Positions 40,975 to 54,810 are shown, counted from the stretch's first letter. The stretch: 64,000 bases of DNA from Octopus vulgaris (GCA_951406725.2 OX597823.1:51584001-51648000), one strand, 5' to 3'. A program made the numbers and translations. Notes: generated by a model from the sequence alone, not told the origin.

Positions 40975-41715
40975 AAACGCAACATACGGAAAAAAAGGAC
41001 GATAGCACGACAACGGCAAACACGACAAAACAAGATACACGGATCATTCGCAGCCAATTGCCTCATCAGTCGGAGTCCGGAATGTCCACACAGTTTCGCC
41101 CACTTCTCTCCGATTCTCCTCGAAACCGGTTGGGCCAGGGATTTAAGCTAAAGGCTTTAAGCCTCTGGACAAGACAAACGAATATACATATACGAAAATA
41201 AATAAGTAAACGATAGAAATGTTCTTTCGATTATCAGACGAACGTTACGTATGAAATAGAATTAAACATATACAATGGACAAACGCCTTTTAGCCATACA
41301 ACAAAGGGAAAATAATTATACAATTACAACAACAATAAAACAAAACAAACAGGGTATTTCGATTAGTGTAGTAGGCTAGTGCAAGGGAAATGGAAATGGA
41401 AAAATCTTAACAGACCGGGAGGCAGAACAGACGCGACCGACCTCAAAAGCGGCCGGCCGAAAAAGACGTCAATGCCTGAACCGTACAGCGATCACGTGGT
41501 AGGGGAGGAATTGAAGAGGGCAGAAGGACTAAAGAAATAGAAAAGAGAGGAAAGAAATCAGGAGGAAACTGACAGAGAGAAAAAGGTACAAGGGAGGTAA
41601 GTGAAGAAGGAAAGCAAAAGAAACTGAAAAATAAGAGGGAAGGGAAAGAGATAGATAGAGAGGGAAAGGGAGAAAAAGAGAAACAGAGAGAGACGAGGAA
41701 GGAATAAGGAAGAAA
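40975..41715 (-). mobile_element. Probable Penelope-like element 5' region (pLTR plus start of ORF), decayed
   Basis: Minus strand RGLKPL...KWAKLCGHSGLRLMRQL resembles PLE N-terminal domains; preceded by a pyrimidine-rich leader. Confidence 0.45.
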
Positions 41716-41719
41716 GGCG

Positions 41720-41945
41720 AGGAATAGAACCCTCAAATATGATACGACAAGCACTTGACTGGAACACGTAGGGGAAATGGAGGCGAGAACGCTGAAGCAG
41801 ATATGGAAGCGGAGCATTTTGGACGAGCTCAGGACCACCAGCCTGATATGGGAAGCAGCCAAGACACACACCAATGACCGCAAAAAGTGGAAAACAACTG
41901 TTGAGGCCCTATGCTCTACAAGGGGCAAAAAAGATTTAAAAAGAT
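41720..41945 (+). mobile_element. RTE LINE 3' end
   Basis: IRQALDWNT*GKWRRE..KQIWKRSILDELRTTSLIWEAAK..NDRKKWKTTVEALCSTRG. Confidence 0.85.
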
Positions 41946-42461
41946 ATATATATATATTCTTTTACTTGTTTCAGTCATTTGACAGTGGCCATGCTGGAGC
42001 ACCACCATATATATATACATACATACACACATACACATATACATAACTAAATGTAGGGAGAAGCAAGTTAGATCAAATTATAAAGTATATTAAAAATACG
42101 GAATACAAGCAGTGTATGTATTTACAGAATGCAAATGATATAGAAAAATTCACAGAATACAAATGATATAGAAAAATATTACAAATCTAACAACTGTTTC
42201 TGATCCTGGCAGAAATTTTTCTCGTTTGAGAAAAACCCAAGCATATTCGGTTGGAGGGGGTGCTTGAGTTAGTTCAAAGCTTCGTTGCGCGGTCTTTCCT
42301 CTTGTCCTTGATGACTTGGGATAACAATTGGCCCTTTCTATTATGTATGACACTACTATACTGTGGAGTCGACAAAAGCAAAAACAATCAATGCGTGAAA
42401 TAGAAAATAAAAAATGGCGACTGTTTACCTATCACTATCTGTGTGTATGTGTGTGTGTGTG

Positions 42462-42511
<50 letters not shown>

Positions 42512-42521
42512 CATATACATT

Positions 42522-42865
42522 TGTAGTAAACTCTTCCGTTGAGGTAAGATTAGCGAAAAGTGTACTCCGTCTAGCGAGAGATAAATATAATTTAAACGCA
42601 GCTCGCTTACATATCCGTGGTCACTCATATATTTATGCCCGGAATACCGACACTGATGAAGGCAATAGGTAATATTTTTATAATTTCAAGCCCGAAACAC
42701 GATCGTGTACACGGTTAACCAAAGTTTTAATTAATTTCCTTTCTTCAGCTAGCCTATTATGTTTTTCTCGGTGGCTAAAGTATGTTTTCTATGGTGGCAA
42801 TAGTGTCTTTTGGCGTCTATTTTTCAGTGCGTGGTGAGGCACTAGCCAAACACTTTTTATAACTA
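42522..42865 (+). mobile_element. Penelope-like 3' end/pLTR with hammerhead core
   Basis: EVRLAKSVLRLARDKYNLN (GIY-YIG C-terminal-like), then CTGATGA (42653) ... GAAAC-acgatcgt-GTA (42694-42709); between (TA)n tracts. Confidence 0.65.
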
Positions 42866-42896
42866 TGTATATAATCATAAAATATTTATATTTATG

Positions 42897-42952
<56 letters not shown>

Positions 42953-42954
42953 TA

Positions 42955-43240
42955 TATTAGAGACAAAACCACTATTAGGCAAATCATACAATGAAAAACT
43001 TAAGCCAATACATAAGATTATTTAATTTATATTATTTAAATATATAACAAAATTATTTAAAAATATAATTAATATATCACTACGATCGTTTCATGGCTGT
43101 TAATTTCTTTAAATTTTCAAGTTACAGTCATTCATCAGGTGGTTTAAATATTTATCTTGGCGAGGTTTACTATAAAATTGGATTCAATCCTAAATCTGAT
43201 TTTTCCCTGTAAGTTTGGATTTATTCCCTAATATTTATTA
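42955..43240 (-). mobile_element. Penelope-like 3' end/pLTR
   Basis: Minus GKIRFRIESNFIVNL (GIY-YIG C-terminal R..IES.FI motif) followed by a hammerhead; (TA)n on both sides. Confidence 0.75.
43078..43141 (-). ncRNA. Type I hammerhead ribozyme motif with canonical core
   Basis: cac-CTGATGA-atgactgt...acagccat-GAAAC-gatc-GTA-gtg. Confidence 0.78.
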
Positions 43241-43248
43241 TATATATA

Positions 43249-44764
43249 TACTGAACTACAAAAGAAGCGTCGCACTGTAAAAGATTATTTGTTTCACGCA
43301 CGATATTGAGTTTATATGGATTTTATCACATTTTTAGGTAATTTGACATCAGGAAGATGTCACTGACTCATAACACCACTCTTTTTTGAAAACACAAGGA
43401 TTGCATGTAAGGTTCGAACTAGCTCACTTTTCGTGAACTTGGTAATGCTCGCCAATGCATCTTTATGAAAAGCATGATGCACGTGCAAAATGTTGACTCA
43501 TCGGATATAAACCAGCCTGTCATTCGTTTCTCGAAAGCAACAAGCATGCCAATACTTACACGAAATCAGAGGGAACAAGCCAACGGACGTCTCCATGCCG
43601 ATCAACGTCCATGGGTCATTGCTAATGACTTGAACTGAAGTACTCGGACAATTGAGCGGCTGAGGGAACGATACAATGCCACGAACTGAACCGATTATCG
43701 TCTACGCAGAGGCCGACTGAGGGTTACAACGGCACGTCAAGATTGCCATCTTCAGCGACAGTGCTTGCAGGACCGATTCCAGAGGGCAACAGAAACAGCT
43801 AGGCAGATCATAAGGACTCACCACAGAGATTTTTCAATCTATCTTGTCTGAGATCTTTTAATTCATCTTGTCGATGTCAGGCTAGAGGCCCCATCCTCAC
43901 AAATCGACATCGACGGGCACGTCTGCAGTGGACTCAAAAACGTCAGAAATGGCGGCATCAGAAGTGGAGACTGTAGTCTTTTGTGACGAAAGTCGATATT
44001 GCATTTCTGTGGCAGATGGCAGAGCCTGGGTTTGGAGAAGTAGGGGTGAACGTCATGCCAATGGCTGTGTAGGTTAGAGGGACTCATGGGGAGGACAGAT
44101 CACCATGGTATGAGGTGAGATTGCACTCAACCAGAATCTGGATCGGTGGTCTTCCAAAACACCGGCCAGGTTCGGGGCAATGTAGTAACCGCTGCTCGCT
44201 ACATCGACCAAGTGTTGAGGCCATACACTGTGCCATACTTTGCCTGTCATCAAAATCGCGTGTTTCTACACGACAACGCCCGTGCCCATACTACCAGGTT
44301 TACAACAAACTTCCTCCAACAGTACAACATCCAGACACTGCCATGGCCTGCTCTAAGTCAGACTTGAACCCCATTGAGCACATGTGGGACGAAATCCAAA
44401 GAAGGTTAAATGACATCCGACCAAGGCCGACAACTTCAGCGCAACTCATTGCAAGATTTAACAGTGTGGGCTGTTATCCCCATGACCTTCATCAATCGAT
44501 TGGTGTATTCAATGTACAGAAGATGTCTGGCGGAAATCAACGCTAACAGTGGTCACACGAGAAATTGAGTTCATTTCTTTGGATCCAGGACACTCTGTCA
44601 TCACGTGATACCATGTGACGTCAAACATGTTTCAGGAAATGACGTTTTATCATTAGGAAAGAACGGTTTCTTAATTAGCACTCTTCTATCAATGCTATGG
44701 CAGTCTGTTAATAAACCGATTTCTATTTAGTATGTGAGCGACTTTTCTTTGGTGGTTCATTTTA
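43249..44764 (+). mobile_element. Tc1-family DNA transposon, near full length, decayed
   Basis: Imperfect TIRs ctgaactacaaaagaagcgtcgc / gcgacttttctttggtggttca within TA tracts; transposase relic inside. Confidence 0.9.
43547..44568 (+). pseudogene. Tc1 transposase pseudogene (DDE)
   Basis: MPILTRNQREQANGRL..., GRLRVTTARQD, VVFCDESRY, FLHDNARAH, WPA/SDLNPIEHMWDEIQRRL, GHTRN*; several stops and frameshifts. Confidence 0.9.
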
Positions 44765-45340
44765 TATATATATATATATATACCTATATACATGCCTAGG
44801 CGCGTATATGTGTATAAAAATATAAATTTGTTGCGTAATATATGGATTCATAGAATCGTGTGGTTGTCACAAGAAGCTCCTCTCGCGTACTTGGCTAACA
44901 GACCATATAGTAATCCAATACTGAGGAATATAATGCAGAGTTCCATGCAACTGAAATCCAGGAGATCCGATTGATGAAATTATTTCATTGAAAGTACGTA
45001 ATCCCTAAAATGTTTAGAGGTATAAGAGGTGAATATATTTATTTAACCATTTGTAATCCTTATGACTCCGCCTTTTTCGCAGCCTTCTTCGTGTAATAAT
45101 ACACTGAATATACACTGAACTTATCATTACATGAAGTAGACAGTGATACGGTTGTAATCCTATGGATGACAAGTGTTTAAATAAATACATTCACCTCTCA
45201 TACCTCCTGACCTTTTTATGGTTTATGTGTGTTTGTGTTTGTATGTGTATGCATATATAATGAGACTAGAATATCTCGTATTCACTTCGCTTGACTTTGA
45301 GGCCATTAAGTTTTCGTTGAAAAAGTATATAGACAAATCT

Positions 45341-45388
45341 GTTTTCCAGTATATGAGTTTTCCAGTATATGAGTTTTCCAGTATATGG
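45341..45388. repeat. 16-bp minisatellite x3
   Basis: gttttccagtatatga repeated. Confidence 0.9.
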
Positions 45389-47229
45389 TCTATATGCAAC
45401 GAGGTTTTTCTTGAATGTCTTATATTCAACTTAATTGCAGGTTTTAATTTGTATTTGCGCAATATATTTCTTGCATGTTATCTATACGGAAAATATTCAT
45501 TCTTGATCAACTGGGAAATTTAATTCTAGCAGACTAGTACCCTAACTAAGAGCAGGGAGAAATGTACGACTCTTCCGCTTTATGCTATAAAATTAAAGTC
45601 AAACACTAGTTTTGATGAGGCTCTGGGGGTTCTGAAGGTATTTAATTTACTTTTATATTGTTCTATGATCACCATCTCACAATCAACCAAATGTAATTTC
45701 GTAACAGGCGGTATAAATAACTATGTCTCTATAGTAAGAACACGATTGCCTTCCCTGTAGTGTAGTGAGGCTATAATAATTACTCAGTAGGTGGTGTTGA
45801 CAACAATTTAATCTTTTAGTCTCTGTCCTACCGCACTTTAGTTTATATTTCTTATCAAATTAGGTGTCACGTTTTTGTCAGTAGTATCCATTTATGACAA
45901 ATATTTAAACAAAGATTAAACAAAAGAGATTTATTTCTATGTCTAAATTGCTTTTACTGAGCAATTAGACATGAAACTTACTACATTGATAGAGAAATAT
46001 ATTCTACTTAAGTTTTAATAGCTGATAATAATTAGTTGCACATTCAACACCTGCAGGTTTTATTAGTGCCTTCATCGAAAGCATTAAACAAAACTTGCCA
46101 TTCTTTTATGATTCTTCCAAAGTTTAGTCTTCCAACAAGCTTCTTAATGTCACATCAATGCACCAGTGTCCCCCTCCATCCAACTTTATTAATGCCAATA
46201 TGTGTCTCTTAACTTCCTTGATACAAACTGTTGTAATATTGTTGTAGTTCACAGAATGGTATATTTATTGTTAGCTATCATATGACCTGTGTTTGTTTAT
46301 AGGATGTATATATTAATTTTCAATTTCCTATGAAACTTTTTCTTCGTCGTGCTTTCCTAAACGGTCGAAAACAAAAAAGGAACCAGCCTCTACGTTTGTC
46401 GTTAGTTTATATAAGTACGTGCATCACTCCTGTAAAATCTTTCCCCATTATACATTTCCATATTTAATGCGATGTATAATGATCCCATAGCAGTTTTCGC
46501 GCCAAACCTTTTCAAACATTAAACAAAGAACTGAAAGTAAATGCTTTTAGCAAACCTTGTTCAGACACAGAATAAAGAACAAATATTAAATGCTTTTTAG
46601 CTCTATATACAATTTTTATATCAGTAAGGTAACAGCAACGGTAAGGGTCACGTGCCCTACAATATTTAATCTCGTTCTTTTGAATTCAGATTTTTTAAAC
46701 GCCATGGTGCTCGATAAAACTAGCCCTAGTAATAAGGCTGACATTATCATAGCTTAAGTTTCCATTGCCCTACTCAAAGTCAGTTTTATCCTAATCTAAA
46801 TCACCTAATGACATCAGTAATATAAAGTATAAGGTTCCAAGTAGCAATCGAGATGAGGTTGCATAAACTAGTCTTATATTAAACTTAAATTTATGGCACT
46901 CACTGCCCAAGTAGCAGTATTATTTTTTCTGTATATGATTGAGTGAAATCTGATTCTGTATTTTTCATGATTTTCGAAAGGTCTATATTCATTTATGTAA
47001 AGTGAAAATATGAAACACTGTGTCTTGAACTTGAGTTGCTGAAGAATATAGTTTTATTTCACAGTACTCATCATAGAAATCAATGGCTATTCATTATTAA
47101 AAAATTGATCCTGGAATTATTATAGAAGAGGAAAGCGGGACTCGTAACTCAATCCATTTCTAGCAGCATAACGGTGTAGACGAAATGAAAGTTCCCAAGC
47201 TCGGAATGGAACAATGTTTAACTGCACCC

Positions 47230-47470
47230 AATAATGCTGCCAGAGGCTTCTACCAGCTCGCTTGATCTGCTAAGAATAGCAGGAACAAAAATTTTCCTGA
47301 AGCTACTCTATCTTGAGAAATTAAACGAACAGTTGATGATGTATTCCTAGATATAATATGGCTGAAACAGAAAGAAAAGAAAAGAAAAAAGAATAGTCAA
47401 AATGGTAATACTTTTGATCGTAAATGTACTCATCAGAACTGACTTGCTGTTAAACAACAACAACTACAAC
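47230..47470 (+). mobile_element. Interspersed repeat family D (SINE-like, (CAA)n tail)
   Basis: Related segments at 21275-21350, 21975-22095, 47995-48185 (reverse) and 56720-56930; ends taaacaacaacaac. Confidence 0.55.
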
Positions 47471-48621
47471 ATATCCCTGTGCAATTACAGCTTTGGACTT
47501 GCTATGAGGTCAAGTTTCGTTTGAAAAGGGATATCGTCTTTTGAGTCATTCTTCTGTTTTTGCTAATATTTACTTTATCGACTCTAACACTGATGAATTA
47601 ATAAACTCTTATTATCAGTAAAAAGCGAGAATCAAAACTAGATATCTTAATGCCTCTAGGCTTGTTCTCTATTATCCGTACAATTTCCACACACATGCAT
47701 ATAATATTACAATATAATATTCTTTTTGTGTATTTAGCCTTTATCGTGGCCACTGGCAATATTTCTCACTATAAGTCGCAACGCATATTAACGAGTTCCT
47801 TTAAATATTTTAAAGATTTACATGGGAAAAAATGTTACATGTTGTATAACTATATAACTAAAGTGACGAACGTCATAGACTAAAGTGCAAGTGTGTTTCA
47901 ATTGCCGGTTGAATTCCTTTCACGCTAACTATTGTTCACACATTCATAACTGAGAAAAGTATGAATGCCACAACTGTCTTTATAATGAAGTTTACTGTTG
48001 TTATTTAGCTCCAGGTCAGCTATGACTGAGCAAACTGACAATCAAAAGCTTCTCGGCCGTGATCATCTCTTCCTCTTGTGTGACATGAACTACAGCGTCC
48101 TTTGTATTCTATTTCAGATGGTAGAGTGTGGATTCAGAAATATTTGGTCGCTTTTTCTAGCAGGTCACAATGAATATATAGAGGCTTAATAATTTGAATT
48201 AAAAGTGTACCTGGGGTCACAAAGGTATAGTGAACAGTAATCACAAAGAAAACTAGGTTTACAATCCATTCTCTTTCGATTCTGAAGTGTAACCAATTTA
48301 CTTTCTTCTCATTATCAATCGTATTTAAAAAAGCATGAACATCTCTGAGTCTCATAGTTTTGAAATTCAGTTATTGTCGTATAAGAAATATAAATTATGA
48401 TTTGTTTGCTATCTCTGAGAAATGCTTGAAATAAGTATCAGATATGTTCTTCCACATACAAAAACCTACTGGAGCTACAAATGATGTTGCAAATTCTTCG
48501 CTTAATGATGACTAAATCTATTGAAGGTGTTGGAAACCCTTCTGTATGATAAGCAGGTATTTTAGGGCCACAGGCATTTCGCCACTTAACATGTTCGCTT
48601 CACCTGAATGGACCAGGTAGG

Positions 48622-48695
48622 TCTCTTCGCCGACACAAAAGTCTCTTCTCTGGAGGAGATATCTCTTCTCTGGAGGAGAGATCTCTTCTCTGGCA
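48622..48695. repeat. 20-bp minisatellite with self-complementary units
   Basis: tctcttctctggaggagaN repeated about 3.5 times. Confidence 0.85.
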
Positions 48696-50214
48696 GATGG
48701 GTTATCTCTCAAATACAACCACTTAGAACTGCCTTCTCCCCTCGGTATCTCCTTGGCGAGGTTTTTTGGTTACTCGGGTTTCAAATTAATCTTTTGTGCT
48801 AAATAGTGCATCGATCTTGCTGGAAAATCGCAGTAGTCAACTGTAATAAGGAATGATGTAGTGTGTTATTTTCGGCTTTCTTCTCCTCCCATGTTATTGT
48901 GATTTCTGGCTTGTTACTACTTTACTAACAGTCTCCGGGCTTATTTACAGATATTATAAATAAGCTTATAATTAATATTTTATTTATTTAAATATTTTAT
49001 GTAACAGTGTTGACTGTGAAGCAGCGGTTAAATTCGCTTTTCCGATTATAAATTTATAACGGTAAAAAGGAAAAGTTAATCAGTGTTTTGGGAGTAAATT
49101 AAATTGGTATTGTTCAATACTACAAAAAATCTCATGTTCTTGATCAAAAACCTCATTTCTTTAAACCGAGTCCTTTATTGATTTTAGATAGCAGTTGTAA
49201 TATACATGTATAACTTGGTATGGGAATGAGACTCAAAGAATTGATGAGAAATGCAAGCTGGAATCCCAGTACCATTAACAACAGATAGCTGAATTCAACT
49301 GTAAACAATGCCTCTGATTGAAGAACTAAGTCCCATTGACGCATTTTTCAAGGACTTTTATTTTTGAGCCTCCTATTAAAAAGTAGCCATCACATTAAGG
49401 TTAGAATGCTGCTGCTGCGGCTGATGACAATAATAATGATGGCGATGCTGGTGATGATGGTGATGGTGGTAATATTGATGATGGTGATATAAACTGCGAT
49501 TACATTAACAGCAAAAATTTCATGTGAATTTCCTCTGTGGCTAATATCATTTGTTGGAAATGGCGGATTACTTCTGGATACGACTGTTTTTGCCTCCTCA
49601 AATAGATCGGTTAATAAAAGTTTTACGTCAATACTTTTCTTTTATATTATGATCTCCTAAAAGTATGCTTTCCTTTCTTGGGAGACCAAGATAAGGTTGC
49701 GAACGTCAATCGAAGACATTCATTCCCATGTAACCAATAAAGTTAACTAATTGTCTTCTTCGCTACACAGCAAACCGACTGATTTTATCTTCATTCTGTC
49801 CCTACCTCTAAACTACTTTTTTTTTCCTTCCTGAAAATGAAATACATTTTTACTGCCGAGTATTCTATGCTGGGAACAGCACATGCTTCTCACTATTGAA
49901 GTTTACAACTCGTCTGATGGATAGTTTATCTCTGATGTCCAGCTAATGTCCGGCAACTCATTCGAATTGTTTTTGTTTGTTTTTTTCGCCTTTTATTATT
50001 CGACCTTTGTAGCAAACATCACATTTCTCATTTGTTGTTTTTCGTTTTCCTGGCCTTCTTTTTACTTTCTTACTTTTACTTTATCATTTATCACTTATCC
50101 TGATTCCATTTTTACATTTATTTCTACCAAAAACTAATATATCCCAGGCATTAAAATAAAAGCTTTCGTTTTATTTTCTGTCTATGATTTTTTTTATTTC
50201 ATCTCTTCTTTAAG

Positions 50215-50300
50215 ATACATTCTAACAATTTCTTCTCCGTTTCTATTTGGCGATGAAAAATGAAATACTGGTTCATGAACTTGGTGATCTTATCCAAAAC
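50215..50300 (+). other. Candidate exon (strong acceptor and donor; possible ATG at 50253)
   Basis: tttttttatttcatctcttctttaag| ... caaaac|gtaagt; all three frames have a stop, then MKNEILVHELGDLIQN is open to the donor. Confidence 0.25.
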
Positions 50301-51356
50301 GTAAGTGGCCACTGACGCATATTCATCTAGCAGGCATTAAATTGGTTTTATCGATATAATTCTCTCTTATTTGCCCTTGAGAGATAGCTTTGGCGATGTA
50401 ATCCTATAAAACTTGCGATGGGCTTCCGTCTAACTTTGCAAAGCAACAACGTGTGACTGTGTTTGTGTGTGTGACTGTCTGTATGCGTGCGTGTACGCGC
50501 ACGTGTGGGTGTATTTATGTACGTGTACATGAATAGTAGACGGCAGTATTTCTTTCTCAGATGCATACTTTAAACTCGGTGTTTGGTTACTGATATCAGC
50601 AGCGATACGATTGTAAGCATTCGGAAATAGACAAGTGTGTTTGTAGACAACTGCAGCACGAACGATGAGAGATGACTGCTGGCTGACATCAATGAATACC
50701 GCTCAGCTGATAGAAAATGGAAAAGATTGTTTCTAAACATGACATTCCTATTTATCTTGGTCGTTCGATTATGACAGCAGGCAATAGCAGTTCATAGACC
50801 ACATGCAGAGAGAAGAATGAACAAGAAGAAAAAAACTGTCGACGAAAACTATAAAATGACAAGGAATCGTGGTTAATAAATAGCGGGGATGTATTAAAGA
50901 AAAAAAAAGAGAGAGAGAAGAGAAAAAATAAGAAAACTTTTTGTCTATATAAGTGTGGTTACGAGGATATTTATGTTCTAAGAGGAAAAGGAAGCGCATT
51001 ATTAATAAAACAAAAAGAAGCGGCGCCCGAGAAAGTATTTGGCATGAAAGAAAGTATATAAATGAATGAAGGAAACCGAAGAAAGAAATAGTGTGAACCA
51101 TGCAAAAATTGAAGAGAAAGTCAGCAGGTGAGAAGAAAATAAGAAAAAGTAGCCAAGAAGTGACACGAAGTGATGTATTGATGGATTAATGGTAGAAGAT
51201 AGTGACACCTACGTTAGAACGTGATATGTAATTACGACACCTTTCTCCTAAACTGGTTAGCAAATATATGGCTGAATACCAAACAGATTTATAGCTTCTC
51301 AACCTCTATGCATGTTTGTTTGTAAGTGTATGTGCGTGTGTGTGTGTGTGAAAGTG

Positions 51357-51395
<39 letters not shown>

Positions 51396-53254
51396 GTGTA
51401 GGTGTGTGTGTGTGTGTGTATGCATAATGCATACTTATAGCTACTGTTCTTTCAGACTGTTCGCCAATACGTCTCGTTCAACATGCTTCTTTGCCAGTTG
51501 GTTTCTTGGCTCATCTTTTAAAATACGTCATGGTGTAAATAATATATAGTTTTGAAAGTTAGAAAACAGAGAAAACAGAAATAATTACTTCGAAAATTAC
51601 ATAATGTTTTCGCCATAAAGATTGTGATTTTCTGTTACGGAATTTAAGCGACATCAGACTCATAAATAGAATAGACTGCCTTTTCTTTCTTTTTTGTTTA
51701 TCTTTTCTATATCATCCATATATGATAAGTAAAACGAGTAAGCCATTTTCATAAAAGTTAAATAGTTTTGAATTAAAGAGATACATTTTTTTTTTCTATA
51801 TTTTCATTTTCGTCTTTTATCTTTCGTTTGCAAGTTGTCACATCATCCGTAAAAGTGTTCGCAGTGAAATCTAAGAGCACCTGCTTAAATATAATGGTTA
51901 TCGACTTAGTCACTTGAATAGATAGATACATTTGATTTATATAATGCCAATCTAACAGTCTAGCGATATTCATAGAAGAAATATTCCTTACACACCCACA
52001 CAGACAGTCGGCTGCGCATGAATGTATGTATGCGTGCATGTATGTACATGTCTGTGTGTATACATAGATATGTGCGCGCGTGTGTGTCTATACATATATT
52101 TACCTGCGTATATACATAGATATGTTATGTAATACAGTATAACTATATATACAGACATATGTATGTGTGTATGTATGTACATGTCTGTGTGTGTATGTGT
52201 ATACATATATTTACCTGCGTATATACATACATATATATGTTATGCAATACAGTATAAATATATATACAGACATATATGCACACATGCAGACAAAGCAACA
52301 CTCACACACACACGCACACAGGCGCACACGCACACACGCACACACATTGCTAACTAGATTATCCTGGAACATTGCCTATGAAATACTTTAGGCTATCGTT
52401 TCCAACATTCATTATCCTTTGTTCATAACTTCATTTTATATCTTTTTAAAAGAATGTCTGCATTCTTTGCTGTGCAAAACGTTTTACGTAGTACTTAGTT
52501 CCTGGTTTAAAATTTACTATTTGGTGTGATTATTACAACTTAAATAAACTTTAAAAATAAAATTGACAATGAATGAATTAAAACGGATCGCACTTGTTGG
52601 CAATTTCACCTTCTATCACCTTGATATCCCATCCGTTATATCTGTTTCTGAATTAAATGTTAATCACTGTAGTCCTTGTTGATGTACTCATTTGAAATTC
52701 GAGCTTTATGTCTGGAAACAAGCAGACTACAAATCACATGACGTAAAAAATTTGAATAAAGTCAAAGAAGATAGGTTTCGCAGCAGAAGCAGAAGGAAAT
52801 GAGATTTTGAAGGCAAGTGTTATACTGAAGTTCGTATGAGAAAGAAGCAACAGTAGAGCGTGTTATACATATATATTATTTATTCTTCTGCTACTTCTTG
52901 CTTCAGAAGTAACGTGTATAATAACAGTTGTTTACGAATATATAGACTGTTATTTTCCAGATGTACAGGACAAATGCCGTATGCATGATCATTTAATGTG
53001 TAACCATGTCGTTTACAATTTGTTCAGTATGTTCCTTTTAAGTATAAGTTATGAAAAACCTTTAGCATCAACACGAACATTACAGATTTATGAAAAGTAT
53101 GTACTGTATAAATTAGACACTAGAATAAGAAGAACCCACAGCAGTTCCGTGTCTCTCGTCAGTTACAATTCTCTATTTCTAATCCGTTTCTACTGTTTAG
53201 GTTAAATTTCATAAAAAGCGTTGTGTAGAGAATGATGATAACACTGAGACAAGT

Positions 53255-53540
53255 TCTAACAAATTTTATGTTAGTTTAACGCGGAAAAACAAGGGAAATT
53301 TTTGAGGTTTTGGACGCTGATCCGTCATCAGAAAAATATAAGAATGAGAAGGGTCGGTGGCAAAAATGAAAATAAAATATGAAAAGGTGTTTGGAAAAAT
53401 AGGGAAGAAAGGGGTTAGAAGTCAGGTGAGATAGTAGTAGTATAGGGGAGTTAGGAAGAAAGGAGGGCGGGTGGTCTTTACATGTACATAGAGATGGGTA
53501 TAGGGGAAGTGAGTGTGTGGTGGTATGGGGTGCGTAATTA
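53255..53540 (-). mobile_element. Penelope-like pLTR relic with mutated hammerhead
   Basis: Minus tttt-CTGATGA-cgga(tcagcg)tcc-aAAAC-cTC-aaaa near 53298-53336, preceded by a pyrimidine-rich leader. Confidence 0.5.
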
Positions 53541-54654
53541 ATCCAGATTCTTCACATTGGTCATGTCACCACCTTTGTAAAAGGAACACTTTCTAACGCT
53601 CATCTCTCATACAAACTTCAGTATCATAACTGCCTTCAAACTCTCTTTTCCTTCTGCTTCTGCTTCTAAATCCATCATTCTCTTTGACTTTATTCAAATT
53701 CTTCCGGCCACTGGCAGCTTTTCAACTATCTCTAACTCTGCATTGAGGTCATCTAACCTACATAAAATTGAAGTCACAATCTTCAGTGGCTTCAGTATAC
53801 ACAACTATTCCTGACTGCTTAATGCTTTCCTAACGACACTGCTGGGACAGAAACCGAATCTTTTGTCACCTTGAAATACCTATGTTAGTTTGTGTCATTA
53901 AAAACCTGCATCTCAAAACGAAACACTGTCATTCCAAATACATTTTGATTACCTTTTCACCTCATAACCAAATCCTTACCTAGCCATTGTCCAGTCATCG
54001 CTGCTAATGGCTCCATCACCACAGTCTGATGACTGTGTTATTCAAAGTGAACGATAACATGTCTTCCTGCTATCTGGAGTTTCAGATCAGCTAAAAGCTA
54101 GTCAAAGATTCGAAAACCTTACATTGATTCCCCTCACTATGAAATGTACTTATCAACTAAGACTTAATCAAAAGTTCAAGTTCATCCTCCAAAGTATGTT
54201 TGTATGCAATCGAACATTACATTCTCCAGAACCCCAATTCGTTCCCTTGAAGCTGAGCTGTAGGTGTTCTGGCAAAAATTACTGCTTTGCATAACCGGCG
54301 ATAGATATCATTCATTTCTATATCTCTTCATCGCCATATAGGAGGCGTTTCCTCATCCAGTAACAGAAAAAGCAGCCGTCTGGAAAACATTATATAAATC
54401 TATATAGTAGAAATGCAAACATGGAAAATCTGCAGATTAAAAAAAATGAACAGCCTTCATCGATTTCCGAACCTTGGAGATGTCTACATCATTTGACTAA
54501 GCCCAAGGAGATAAGCAGCCGATTTGTATATACACTCAACGAATACTGTAGCTACAGACAACTGGAGTTTTAAGTGTTTAACGCTTTATCTAATATATAT
54601 CGTCTGTCGTCTGTTGGTGGGCATCTCGGTCCATACAGTGTCAATATAGAATAT

Positions 54655-54810
54655 AAGTTTCAAATTTTGGCACAAGGCCAGCAATTTCGTGTAAAGAGGA
54701 ATAGTTGATTATTTCGATTCCAGTATTCATCTGGTACTTAATCTAAAGATAGGCGAAATACTGCTAAGCATTTTGCCCCTGTGTGCTAACGATTCTGCCA
54801 GCTCGTCGCT
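54655..54810 (-). mobile_element. SINE family A (deleted copy)
   Basis: ggcgaaatactgctaagcattttgcc..gtgctaacgattctgccagctcgtcgc. Confidence 0.75.

Noticed and set aside
48622-48695. Hairpin repeats as a CRISPR array
   Set aside because: No unique spacers, no cas genes, eukaryotic context
52041-52278. ~125-bp tandem duplication; also a 28-bp duplication at 42120-42180
   Set aside because: Low-complexity local slippage with no sign of function
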